Below, in pieces: positions 18,557 through 28,484 of a DNA stretch of 64,000 nt. Source of the DNA: Candidatus Magasanikiibacteriota bacterium (lineage in GTDB: Bacteria > Patescibacteriota > Patescibacteriia > Magasanikbacterales > UBA922). The position numbers and the translations under genes were made by a program. The stretch lies in NCBI GenBank assembly GCA_018651085.1, contig JABIEQ010000014.1, positions 97,807-161,806 on the forward strand. Reading direction: 5' to 3'. The number at the start of each line of letters is the position of its first letter. Within the stretch, counting starts at the first letter, position 1. The notes under the pieces were generated by a model. That model was given only the letters and a program-made list of their open reading frames with translations, was not told where the DNA came from and did no database searches.

Positions 18557-19600
18557 ATGAAGAGATTTGCCTATATCACCTGCACCACACTCCTTATTGC
18601 TGGTGGACTCTTTGTCACACAGTATGCTCAAGCTGTCGGTGGTGGCGGTGGTGGAAGTGTACCATCATGTTCTGAAGACGTATGGCAATGTGGAAGTTTT
18701 GGTGCCTGTACTTCTGATAATGGTAAAAAAGAATTTCACCAACATAGGGAGTGCACCAAAACCTTTGAATGTGATAACGTAACAACACCATCACCAAATA
18801 CAGTAGAAAAATGTACTCCCCCAGCTCCAATAGAACCTGAACCAGTTGTAATAAATGAAAAACCACAACCTCTTCCTTCTGTGGTAGACACAGAAAAAAA
18901 GACAAGTGCCCCAGTAGAAGAAACTGCATCATGTACTCAAGATATCTGGAAATGTGACGTTTGGAATTCATGTGATAAAAATGGAGATCAGACAAGAACA
19001 TGTACCAAAATAACAGATTGTCCAGGTGTAGATACTGATGAACCTCCATTTACAAAACGATGTGAGCATCTACAATGTGGAGAAATTGAGAGCATGCGAG
19101 AAAGAGTACTTTGTCGACTCAAACTTACTCCAGCAGGACTTGAAAGAGAATATACCCATGAATATCTCCCAGAAGAATGTCGAGGAGAAGTAAAAGATAA
19201 ACAACAAAAGTGTATTGATAGATACAAATCATACAAACCTTGTTGGAAAGTACCAGTAGGGCAAGGAAGAATAGCGTGTGCAAGAACAGCACTTCAATTG
19301 TCAGGAGACATCCCTCAAGCAAAAAGAACGTGCGCAAACGACGAGACATGTATGAAAGATCTTCGTTGGAGAGTACATGCGCTTATCAAATTTCGTATGT
19401 ATGACCTCGAAGAGCGTGCAGAAGAACTCCAAGAAAAAGGAGCTGACGTAGAGGCTATTGCTGACTTTGTCACCTTAATTGGAGAAAACAAACAAGCATA
19501 CAATACAGCAACAACAAAAGAAGAAAGAAAAAATATCATCCTTAACGTACGAGAAGGATGGAAAACATTTGTTCTTCGTGTGAAAGATCAAATTAACTAA
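18557..19600 (+). CDS. Secreted cysteine-rich protein with two C-x3-W-x-C-x2-(W/F)-x2-C modules
   Basis: Signal peptide ending AQA, poly-Gly, two disulfide-rich repeats separated by a Pro/Glu linker, Cys-rich C-terminal domain. Confidence 0.75.
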   Translation: MKRFAYITCTTLLIAGGLFVTQYAQAVGGGGGGSVPSCSEDVWQCGSFGACTSDNGKKEFHQHRECTKTFECDNVTTPSPNTVEKCTPPAPIEPEPVVINEKPQPLPSVVDTEKKTSAPVEETASCTQDIWKCDVWNSCDKNGDQTRTCTKITDCPGVDTDEPPFTKRCEHLQCGEIESMRERVLCRLKLTPAGLEREYTHEYLPEECRGEVKDKQQKCIDRYKSYKPCWKVPVGQGRIACARTALQLSGDIPQAKRTCANDETCMKDLRWRVHALIKFRMYDLEERAEELQEKGADVEAIADFVTLIGENKQAYNTATTKEERKNIILNVREGWKTFVLRVKDQIN

Positions 19601-19607
19601 ATTTTTT

Positions 19608-19811
19608 ATGAAATATACATTACTTCTTCCTGCATTTCTCCTTCTATTACTACTCGGTGCAGGATGTGCACCAGAAACGAAAGACAATCTCCTTGAAGAA
19701 GAACAACAAAACGAAGAAAATCAAAAAGAAACTGAAGAACCAATTGAGGCAAACTTCGACACAAATGATTATCTCGACGATGCCTTAACTGACCTAGAAC
19801 TTCTCGAATAA
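19608..19811 (+). CDS. Small acidic lipoprotein
   Basis: Lipobox LLLGAGC, Glu/Asp-rich tail; 7 bp after the upstream gene. Confidence 0.8.
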   Translation: MKYTLLLPAFLLLLLLGAGCAPETKDNLLEEEQQNEENQKETEEPIEANFDTNDYLDDALTDLELLE

Positions 19812-19812
19812 C

Positions 19813-19841
19813 AAAAAAGCCCACAACATTGTGGGCTTTTT
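19813..19841. terminator. Bidirectional terminator
   Basis: aaaaaagcccacaa-ca-ttgtgggcttttt between convergent genes. Confidence 0.85.
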
Positions 19842-20598
19842 ATTTTGAACGAAGAAATTTGAGCATACGCCTTGATTCTAAAAATTTCATAAGAATACCT
19901 GACGATAGATGTCCACCTGTATTATATGTTTTCAAAGTTGCCCCAATCATATTTGCAAAAGAAGCCACAGGGTCATACGAAACGACGGCATCGTCTTTTG
20001 CATGAATCATATGTATTTTTGATCCATCAAATTCTTCTATATGGTTCACAGGGTTATATATTTCTCCTCGAGATAAACGATCCCAGTTTTTATCACTAAA
20101 TCGATAGGCTTCTCCAAATGAATTTCGTACCATTAATTTCAACTCATCCATAGGCTCTTTTTCACTTGGGGCTGTCCAATCAACAACAGAAGACCTTGCA
20201 ATAACTTTAGTAACTCGAGAATCTAAAGAAGAAAAAAGAGCTGCAGGCCCACCAAAACTACCTCCAACAACGTAGAGTCGTTCGATATCAATAGAAAATA
20301 CATTTCCATGCCGTAAATCAGTCACAGATTTTTTTGTATATAGTTCAGAAATAATATCGAGGATATCAAGGTGCGGAGATTCTTTTAAAAACTCACCACC
20401 ACTCTCCCAGGCTCCTCGATAACGTGGATGAAATACCCACATATTACGTTTACTAATAAACGACATCAAGGCCTTTTTATGTGGCAAAGAAGGCATACCA
20501 TCACACAAAATAAGTACTTCTTTTGAAGACAAATCTTTTGGAGGAAGAAATTCAGACACAATATCACCACAAAAACGAGTACGAAGTGCATGTGCCAT
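19840..20598 (-). CDS. Alpha/beta hydrolase (S9-like)
   Basis: YRGAWESGG, GGSFGG nucleophile, HAKDD, GGH. Confidence 0.85.
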   Translation of the reverse strand: MAHALRTRFCGDIVSEFLPPKDLSSKEVLILCDGMPSLPHKKALMSFISKRNMWVFHPRYRGAWESGGEFLKESPHLDILDIISELYTKKSVTDLRHGNVFSIDIERLYVVGGSFGGPAALFSSLDSRVTKVIARSSVVDWTAPSEKEPMDELKLMVRNSFGEAYRFSDKNWDRLSRGEIYNPVNHIEEFDGSKIHMIHAKDDAVVSYDPVASFANMIGATLKTYNTGGHLSSGILMKFLESRRMLKFLRSK

Positions 20599-20600
20599 AT

Positions 20601-21272
20601 TTATCGACGTTTCGTAAATAAGCGCGGATTCTTTTCCACAAATTGAGATATTGAATGATCAAACACAAAAAAACGAACACGTTTTTTCATCCATAGATAC
20701 CCTAACAATGAAATAGAAAAGGCTCCAATAGTATCAACAATCAGATCCCACATAGTGTCAGATAGACTCCCCTCTTGCATAGTAAGAGAAAAAAATGAAT
20801 CCATAGAAAACTCAAAAATCTCCCACACAGTTCCACACAATACTGAAAAAGAAAACGCAAACAATGCCACAAAAAAAGGTTTCACTTGTGCTCCACTCAT
20901 TTTTTTACGTGTATTTAAAATATAAACTAACAAAAAGCCAAATACTCCAAACCAGAAACCAGAGATACTATGTAAATAAAGATCCCACCAAGGAAACACC
21001 GTATAATAATTATGTACCTCACCTAAAAATAACGTACAAAAAATAAATACTACTAAAAAAAGATCAAACTCTAACGGAAAAAATAACTGATATCTATTCT
21101 TAACAAGTCGAGGTAAAAAAGTAAGAAATAAAATCAAACTAATAACGACAAGATCAATCCATTGTCCTTGAACTAATGCAAAAAAAGCACCAAAAACAAT
21201 AATGATTTTTAATGCATAATAAATAAACAATTCAATAGATTGTATCAATGTTCGTTGCATCATAAAATACAT
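20601..21272 (-). CDS. Integral membrane protein, DUF2238/YjdF-like
   Basis: WD-x3-H, WEIFEF and DT-x-WDL motifs, multiple TM helices. Confidence 0.7.
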   Translation of the reverse strand: MYFMMQRTLIQSIELFIYYALKIIIVFGAFFALVQGQWIDLVVISLILFLTFLPRLVKNRYQLFFPLEFDLFLVVFIFCTLFLGEVHNYYTVFPWWDLYLHSISGFWFGVFGFLLVYILNTRKKMSGAQVKPFFVALFAFSFSVLCGTVWEIFEFSMDSFFSLTMQEGSLSDTMWDLIVDTIGAFSISLLGYLWMKKRVRFFVFDHSISQFVEKNPRLFTKRR

Positions 21273-21354
21273 CTATAGAATACAGGAAAAAGACATTACA
21301 TTCAATAAAAAATCCTGCCCCTTAAAAAAGGCAGGACATTTATCTACAAAAGTA

Positions 21355-22242
21355 TTAGAGAAGTTCAATCGAATCAATAGTAATTGGTTCAGTTGGATTA
21401 TCTCGTCCATCTTTTTCTACTCCTTCAATAGCTAAGACAATATCTAACCCATCAGTCACTTCTCCAAAGTTTGTATGTCTTCCATCTAACCAAGGTGTTT
21501 CTTCAGCAGTTACAATAAAAAATTGTGATCCATTAGTATTTGGCCCAGAGTTAGCCATAGCTAAACTTCCCTTTACCAATTTATGCGCATTAAATTCATC
21601 TGCAAAGGCATATCCAGGTCCACCAGTCCCATGAGTATGTCGAGATGATTGATCTTTACTGTTTGGATCTCCACCTTGAACCATAAAACTTTCAATCACA
21701 CGATGAAATGATGTCCCATTGTAAAACCCAGACTCAGCTAGCGTTAAAAAGTTCTCAACAGTCTTTGGAGAATCATCTCCGTAAAAAGAAACCGTAATGT
21801 TTCCTTTACTCGTTTTTAAAATAGCGCCAGTGTATTTTTCAAGTAAACTCATATCATTATTTATAATAGATGAATCATTAGTAATAACAGTATCAAGTGT
21901 ATCTTCAACTCCACAATCAGCAGCACAACTCGTCGGTGTTTCAGCACAAGGGCATCCTTCACCTTGGCAAACAATTTCAGCACAGATACCATCACCACAG
22001 GTATCTTCACAAATAGCAATATTCTCTTTTATCTCAGCAACAAAGGTATTCTTTCCATCAGAACACTGTTCTGGATAACTTTCCATAATCGCATATCCAG
22101 CATCAGAACATTCTTCAAAGGATGTAACAGTACTTAGACTCCTATCAAGTCCATTAGTAACAATACTCCCCACACACCCAGACCCCATAAAGATAAGACA
22201 AAAGGAAAACGAAAGTATAAAGGATATTTTCATATAATACAA
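21355..22242 (-). CDS. Lipoprotein cyclophilin-type PPIase with a Cys-rich N-terminal domain
   Basis: MGSGC lipobox; SFEEC-x2-AG-x3-ESYPEQC; FHRVI, QGGDP, MANSG, NGSQFFI, WLDGRHT. Confidence 0.92.
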   Translation of the reverse strand: MYYMKISFILSFSFCLIFMGSGCVGSIVTNGLDRSLSTVTSFEECSDAGYAIMESYPEQCSDGKNTFVAEIKENIAICEDTCGDGICAEIVCQGEGCPCAETPTSCAADCGVEDTLDTVITNDSSIINNDMSLLEKYTGAILKTSKGNITVSFYGDDSPKTVENFLTLAESGFYNGTSFHRVIESFMVQGGDPNSKDQSSRHTHGTGGPGYAFADEFNAHKLVKGSLAMANSGPNTNGSQFFIVTAEETPWLDGRHTNFGEVTDGLDIVLAIEGVEKDGRDNPTEPITIDSIELL

Positions 22243-22312
22243 TTATTACATATACGGCACCAGTATAACCAAAAAGGGGCTTTTTTTCAAGCCCCTCTTA
22301 ATAACAAAATAT

Positions 22313-24073
22313 TTACCCAATAAACCCACCCGCTTGAAGTTTCCAGAGGCGTTTATAGACCCCTGAACGCTTTTTTAAGAGCTTTTTATGCGATCCATCC
22401 TCAATGATAGCACCATGATCAAGAACGAGGATTCTATCCATTTTCATGATCGTTGACAACCTATGAGCAATGACAATAACTGTTTTATCTTTCATGAGAT
22501 AATCAAGTGCATCTTGAATAAAAGCTTCAGACTCAGAATCAAGACTTGATGTTGCTTCGTCAAGAACAAGAATAGGAGCATTTTTCAATATTGCTCGAGC
22601 GATGGCAACTCGTTGACGCTCTCCACCAGACAATTTCACTCCTCGCTCTCCAACAGACGTTTCATACTTTTCAGGAAGTTCATTTATAAACTCATGACAA
22701 TGTGCCAGCTTTGAAGCTTCAATAACTTCTTCCTTTGTCGCATCTGGTTTTCCATATCGAATATTTTCAAAAAGAGTCCGATGAAATAAAATAGAATCTT
22801 GTGGCACAAATCCAATTTGTGAACGCAAACTTTCTTGAGATACTTCGGTAATCTTTTGCCCATCAACATAAATCTTTCCACGACTAACATCAAATTGTCG
22901 CAAAAGCAATTTTACAATCGTAGATTTTCCGGCACCGGAAGGTCCAACAAGTGCAACCCGTTCTCCAGGGCGAAAAGTGATTGATAAATCTGCCACAATT
23001 TTTCTTGTTTTATGATAAGAAAAATATACTCGATCAAAAGAAATTTCACCACCACTTACAACAAGATCTTTTGCTTTACGACGATCTTTTATCTCGTGAG
23101 GAGTGTCAAAAATTTCTGTCATCTCTTGTGCATCAGCAACAGCCTCATAAAATCGCCTAATTGTTCGTCCAATACTCCAGAGTTTATGAAATATACGAAT
23201 CAGATATGCTTGGATAAGAACAAAATCTCCAATACTAATAGTTCCATCAGCCCATAATCCAATAGCCAGGTATACAACACCAATTTCAAGAAAAATCATG
23301 AGAAGCACTTGAATAGCTTCAAAAATCTCTCCTAAGTTCCAAGCAAATAAACGGATATCTCGTAACTCTGTCGATACATCAAAAAATCTTTTCTTTTCTT
23401 GTTCGTATTGCGCAAACAATTTAACATTTTCTTGATTGGTAATAGTATCAGCTAATACCCCTGTAGTTTTACTATTAAGTTCGCTTCGTTTAAAGTCGTA
23501 TTTAAGCTTAAACTGACTAAACCAATAATTAATAGAAAGTACCACAAAGACCCAAACCAAAATACCAAGGCTCAAACGAATATCACGAAAAGACAAAATA
23601 ATAATAATTGCCGTTACTTCGATGATAATACTTAATACATCAAACTTTAAAATATCATCAATCGTTGAAAAAGAATTAGAAAATCTATTCACCTTCTTTA
23701 CAAGAGATCCAACAAAATCATCATGAAAAAACCGAAAAGAATGTTTATGTAAATATGCAAATGACGTATTTGATAAATTTCGCTTCGTGGTTGTTTGAAA
23801 ATAACTATTTAAAAAACCAGCAGCTCGCCAACAAGCCCAAACACCAAGCCAAGCCAAAAAGATAAACCCTAAAATAGAGAAAAGTTCTGCCGTCACAGTG
23901 TCAGCAGGTTTTCCACTCGCAAGAATGTCAAAAAACTCTTTATATAAAAGAGGTGGAATAAGACCAATACAAGCAGCTGACACTAATGAAAGAATGGTTA
24001 ACAACCAAACCCATTTATGCTTTTTAATATGTTGCCAATATATTTGGTATGTCTTTTTTGTTAATCGATTCAT
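22313..24073 (-). CDS. ABC exporter, fused TMD-NBD
   Basis: Multiple TM helices; GPSGAGKS, LSGGERQR, LDEATS, AHRLST. Confidence 0.95.
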   Translation of the reverse strand: MNRLTKKTYQIYWQHIKKHKWVWLLTILSLVSAACIGLIPPLLYKEFFDILASGKPADTVTAELFSILGFIFLAWLGVWACWRAAGFLNSYFQTTTKRNLSNTSFAYLHKHSFRFFHDDFVGSLVKKVNRFSNSFSTIDDILKFDVLSIIIEVTAIIIILSFRDIRLSLGILVWVFVVLSINYWFSQFKLKYDFKRSELNSKTTGVLADTITNQENVKLFAQYEQEKKRFFDVSTELRDIRLFAWNLGEIFEAIQVLLMIFLEIGVVYLAIGLWADGTISIGDFVLIQAYLIRIFHKLWSIGRTIRRFYEAVADAQEMTEIFDTPHEIKDRRKAKDLVVSGGEISFDRVYFSYHKTRKIVADLSITFRPGERVALVGPSGAGKSTIVKLLLRQFDVSRGKIYVDGQKITEVSQESLRSQIGFVPQDSILFHRTLFENIRYGKPDATKEEVIEASKLAHCHEFINELPEKYETSVGERGVKLSGGERQRVAIARAILKNAPILVLDEATSSLDSESEAFIQDALDYLMKDKTVIVIAHRLSTIMKMDRILVLDHGAIIEDGSHKKLLKKRSGVYKRLWKLQAGGFIG

Positions 24074-24261
24074 AAAAAAATAAAAAGGCTATATGTAGAC
24101 AGCCTATAGGTATTATCTCACCTTTTAAGAAAGACTATTTCTTATAAAGATACTGTAAAGATAACCCGCCCACTCCAAAAGCCTCTAAGAGAACAAATAA
24201 TAGTGTATACACACTCGTTCATATATATAAGACGATAGAAACGCAAAAACGTTACATTTTG

Positions 24262-24290
24262 TTGACAATTAAGGCAAAAATAACTAATAT
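24262..24290 (+). promoter_or_regulatory. sigma70 promoter of orphan cassette
   Basis: TTGACA-17-TAATAT. Confidence 0.7.
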
Positions 24291-24338
24291 CAGAATATAA
24301 GGAGTATGCGATCTTCAACCCACAACCGAAGGTGTACC

Positions 24339-24797
24339 GTGAAGAGGTTCATGGATTACCACAAGTTCCCGGTGAGGCAAATCAGACAAGCTCGTCTGAG
24401 ATTCAACATCAAGAGACAGGGCGGTATCTGGTACCACGTCAGAGGATGGTACCCACGAAGAATGGTAGGAAAGGAAGAACAGCACCTCGAAGTGTTCTGT
24501 TCTCAACCATACATGATGTGGATGATCGAGAACAACTGCACGGACAAAACCTTGGCAAGCCAGTGGAGCGATGGCAAGGACTACTATGGAGAAATCTACC
24601 TGTACCAAGAAGGACAACAACAACTTAGTGTCTACATGGTCTGGGTGAATCCACAGTTTGGGCAAAAAGAGGAAAGACCTCTTCCCCCAAAAAAGGACTT
24701 GCAACTCATCGCAGCAAAGCGAGCAACAAGAGGTCCAGGAAGTGACATGTGGGAATACATCAACAACAACCACCCACGTGAAGAACTCGACGACTGA
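24339..24797 (+). CDS. Orphan protein with foreign codon usage (likely GTG start)
   Basis: ATC/TTC/AAC/TAC codon bias; SD-like GAAGGT before GTG; the ATG at 24306 is only 1 nt from its SD. Confidence 0.7.
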   Translation: MKRFMDYHKFPVRQIRQARLRFNIKRQGGIWYHVRGWYPRRMVGKEEQHLEVFCSQPYMMWMIENNCTDKTLASQWSDGKDYYGEIYLYQEGQQQLSVYMVWVNPQFGQKEERPLPPKKDLQLIAAKRATRGPGSDMWEYINNNHPREELDD

Positions 24798-24846
24798 GAA
24801 GATCGCGCCCCGAGGGACATTGTCCCCCGGGTTGCGAATAATATTA

Positions 24847-24872
24847 ATAAAACCGGCAAGTAGCCGGTTTTA
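24847..24872. terminator. Bidirectional terminator
   Basis: ataaaaccggc-aagta-gccggttttat. Confidence 0.85.
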
Positions 24873-24895
24873 TCATGTATACAAACAATGTAGAT

Positions 24896-25021
24896 CTATG
24901 AACTCGCTTCACCACCTTCAGACTTATTCGCCTGACAACTTCCACCACAACAAGGTTTACACGCACCACAGTCACACATCATGTCAGCTTCTTTTTCAGT
25001 ATTACAGTTTGAACACATCAT
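24896..25021 (-). CDS. 41-aa Cys-rich, metallothionein-like peptide
   Basis: MMCSNCNTEKEADMMCDCGACKPCCGGSCQANKSEGGEASS*; 8 Cys, no aromatic residues; followed by the terminator. Confidence 0.7.
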   Translation of the reverse strand: MMCSNCNTEKEADMMCDCGACKPCCGGSCQANKSEGGEASS

Positions 25022-25098
25022 AAAGATATATGTTACTTAATATATTAAACTCCCTTTGTATGTATTATTATAAAGGGTTTTATCTAACACATCAAGAG

Positions 25099-25566
25099 TT
25101 AAGATAATGCCTTATTTTTAAGCATTTCTACAAAACTATCCACATCCTTTTTTTGATTTACTTGAAATACAAATGAAAATTTCCCTTTTGATGAGTCGAT
25201 CATAAGTGTTGGTTGTTTTCCTTCTTTAAAATCAACCTCAGTAATGTCAGAAAAAGACAATTGAGCATTCTTTTTATGAGCAGACAACATACCTTCTGGT
25301 CCTTTTTCCATTAAAGATTTTTCATTTCGAGCAAGTTCTTCTTGAAACTTTCTAATAATCGGTGTTGCAGCAGCTATTCCAACGGCGGCTCCGGCTCCCC
25401 CAACAACACCACCACCCGTAGTAGCACTATTAATATGACTAAAGGCTTCTGGTAATCCTCCAACATTCCCGGTATATATAATGGATAATCCAGTGTCAGA
25501 AAGCACGAGACTAAACACCTTTTTAAACCCAAACGACAGTTTCCTTACAACTTTATGAAGATACAT
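25099..25566 (-). CDS. Hypothetical protein, possibly PH-like fold with a glycine-zipper insert
   Basis: LVLSD strand, GGGVVGGAGAAVG segment, LSFSDITEV. Confidence 0.6.
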   Translation of the reverse strand: MYLHKVVRKLSFGFKKVFSLVLSDTGLSIIYTGNVGGLPEAFSHINSATTGGGVVGGAGAAVGIAAATPIIRKFQEELARNEKSLMEKGPEGMLSAHKKNAQLSFSDITEVDFKEGKQPTLMIDSSKGKFSFVFQVNQKKDVDSFVEMLKNKALS

Positions 25567-25660
25567 ATATCGTATGCATAAAAATAACCTTTCTATAGTA
25601 ACATAAAAATATGATATGCATAAAAATAGCTTTACTTAGCCAAATAAATGCAATACACTA

Positions 25661-25689
25661 TTGACAAAGTCATTATTTTGTGCTATAGT
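25661..25689 (+). promoter_or_regulatory. Strong sigma70 promoter (extended -10)
   Basis: TTGACA-17-TATAGT with TG before the -10. Confidence 0.8.
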
Positions 25690-25695
25690 GTGTTG

Positions 25696-26017
25696 TTACA
25701 ATGAATGATTCGACAGGACCAATGGGTGACGTACATTAATACGTACTCTATTGGTTCTGTTGAATCAAAGAAGACCGAGATTTCTACGATGCGAATAAAG
25801 CATACCAATCGTAGACCTTACTCGCTGTATTTCCATACCGTCACTCAAGACAGGAATGGATAAATACACCGGATGCAGGAAAAAATCTCACAACCAATCA
25901 AGAATATCCCCCCTTATGTATCTCGCTCGATACAAAAGGCATCCTAGAAGGCATGACAATCTAGGTATAAGTCGGATGCCCGTCTGGTAAACGGGACTAC
26001 CTCCCTCGGAGGTTATC
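25696..26017 (+). ncRNA. ~320-nt highly structured leader or ncRNA
   Basis: 20-bp stem 25707-25726/25747-25766 with 4 G-U pairs and no mismatch, plus at least 6 more stems; the last stem hides the SD. Confidence 0.65.
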
Positions 26018-26374
26018 ATGAGCACGAAGGTTACAGGAGAAGAGCTCAAAGAGATGTTCGAAGGAATGAACCCTCCCGAAGGTTCACCAACATGGACAAA
26101 ATGGGACCTTTTCCTAGGCATCCTCGGAAAAGAGTACCAATGGTACAAAGCAGATCGAGTGGGAAGAAACCCCCACGATTTCTTAGTCTCGTGGATGAGC
26201 GTCGACGGAAATCTCATCGAAATCGAGTCCTCCGCCCCAGACTTCAGTTGGGAGCTCCAGGTCATGAGGAGCAACCAACCTCACGTGTGGATGGTCCTCG
26301 ACAAAGAAGACAAAGAACGTGAAGAAAGCGCGTTCAGCATCCTCGCCGAGATCATCAACGCTCGTCTCACATGA
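26018..26374 (+). CDS. Orphan acidic protein with foreign codon usage
   Basis: GGAGGT SD; 5/5 Phe are TTC, 6/6 Ile are ATC; about 50% GC. Confidence 0.75.
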   Translation: MSTKVTGEELKEMFEGMNPPEGSPTWTKWDLFLGILGKEYQWYKADRVGRNPHDFLVSWMSVDGNLIEIESSAPDFSWELQVMRSNQPHVWMVLDKEDKEREESAFSILAEIINARLT

Positions 26375-26378
26375 CCAA

Positions 26379-26497
26379 CTGCTTAGCTCAAAGCATAAAT
26401 TGAGCGGGTAGACGTATAGCTGTATTGCTGACAATCCTTGTCAGTCCGATACAGATACGTTGCCGAGTACCCGTGAACATCCTTCACAAAAACTCGG
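26379..26497 (+). other. Structured 3' trailer of three stem-loops
   Basis: gctcaa/ttgagc; acgtat..ctgacaa/ttgtcag..atacgt; ccgagt/actcgg; cross-pair cgggta/tacccg. Confidence 0.6.
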
Positions 26498-26558
26498 TCC
26501 TTCCAAAATATCTTTCTCTCTATAAAAAAGAGGAAGCCATTTCAAAAGGCCTAGAAAT

Positions 26559-26591
26559 AAAAAAGACATTGCTCACACAATGTCTTTTTTT
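26559..26591. terminator. Bidirectional terminator (atp operon / orphan cassette)
   Basis: aaaaaagacattg-ctcaca-caatgtcttttttt. Confidence 0.85.
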
Positions 26592-26606
26592 AATTTATAA
26601 AATAGA

Positions 26607-27020
26607 TTAAACATTCCGATACTTTCTCCCAACACTTGAACGTACAATTTCTTTTTCTATCTTTGCTTGAAGCCGTGCAAAATCGATATCAAGCATTTTT
26701 TCTTCTTTTGCAAATAATTCTTCTGCTCGTTTTTTCGCAAGTTCAGCGCGATCAACATCAATCTCATTTGATCGTTCAGCAGTATCAGCTAATACATAGA
26801 CAATACTATTTGGTCGAATTTCAACCACTCCGGTAGAAATAGCCAAATTCACCACATCATTACCTTTATGGATATTCAATTCTCCAGCACGAAGAGCAGA
26901 CACAACAGGAATATGCTCTGGGTATACGGTAATCGCACCAGCTTGAGTTGGAATTGTCACTTTATCAATTGAGTCTTTATATAAGACTCCTTGAGGGGTA
27001 ACAATCGTAAAAGTAATCAT
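26607..27020 (-). CDS. atpC: ATP synthase epsilon
   Basis: IVTP, G-x-ITVYPEHIP, LADTAE. Confidence 0.95.
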   Translation of the reverse strand: MITFTIVTPQGVLYKDSIDKVTIPTQAGAITVYPEHIPVVSALRAGELNIHKGNDVVNLAISTGVVEIRPNSIVYVLADTAERSNEIDVDRAELAKKRAEELFAKEEKMLDIDFARLQAKIEKEIVRSSVGRKYRNV

Positions 27021-27028
27021 ATAAATCT

Positions 27029-28426
<1,398 letters not shown>

Positions 28427-28484
28427 TTAACAATATAAGTGACAAACGTATGCTCCCACATAAGGAGCATTGGTTTACAACTTA

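Noticed and set aside
24315-24773. Long antisense and alternative-frame ORFs over the orphan cassettes (also 25888-26274, 26183-26434, 44214-44624)
   Set aside because: Expected by-product of C-ending codon bias; promoter, SD and terminator support the other strand
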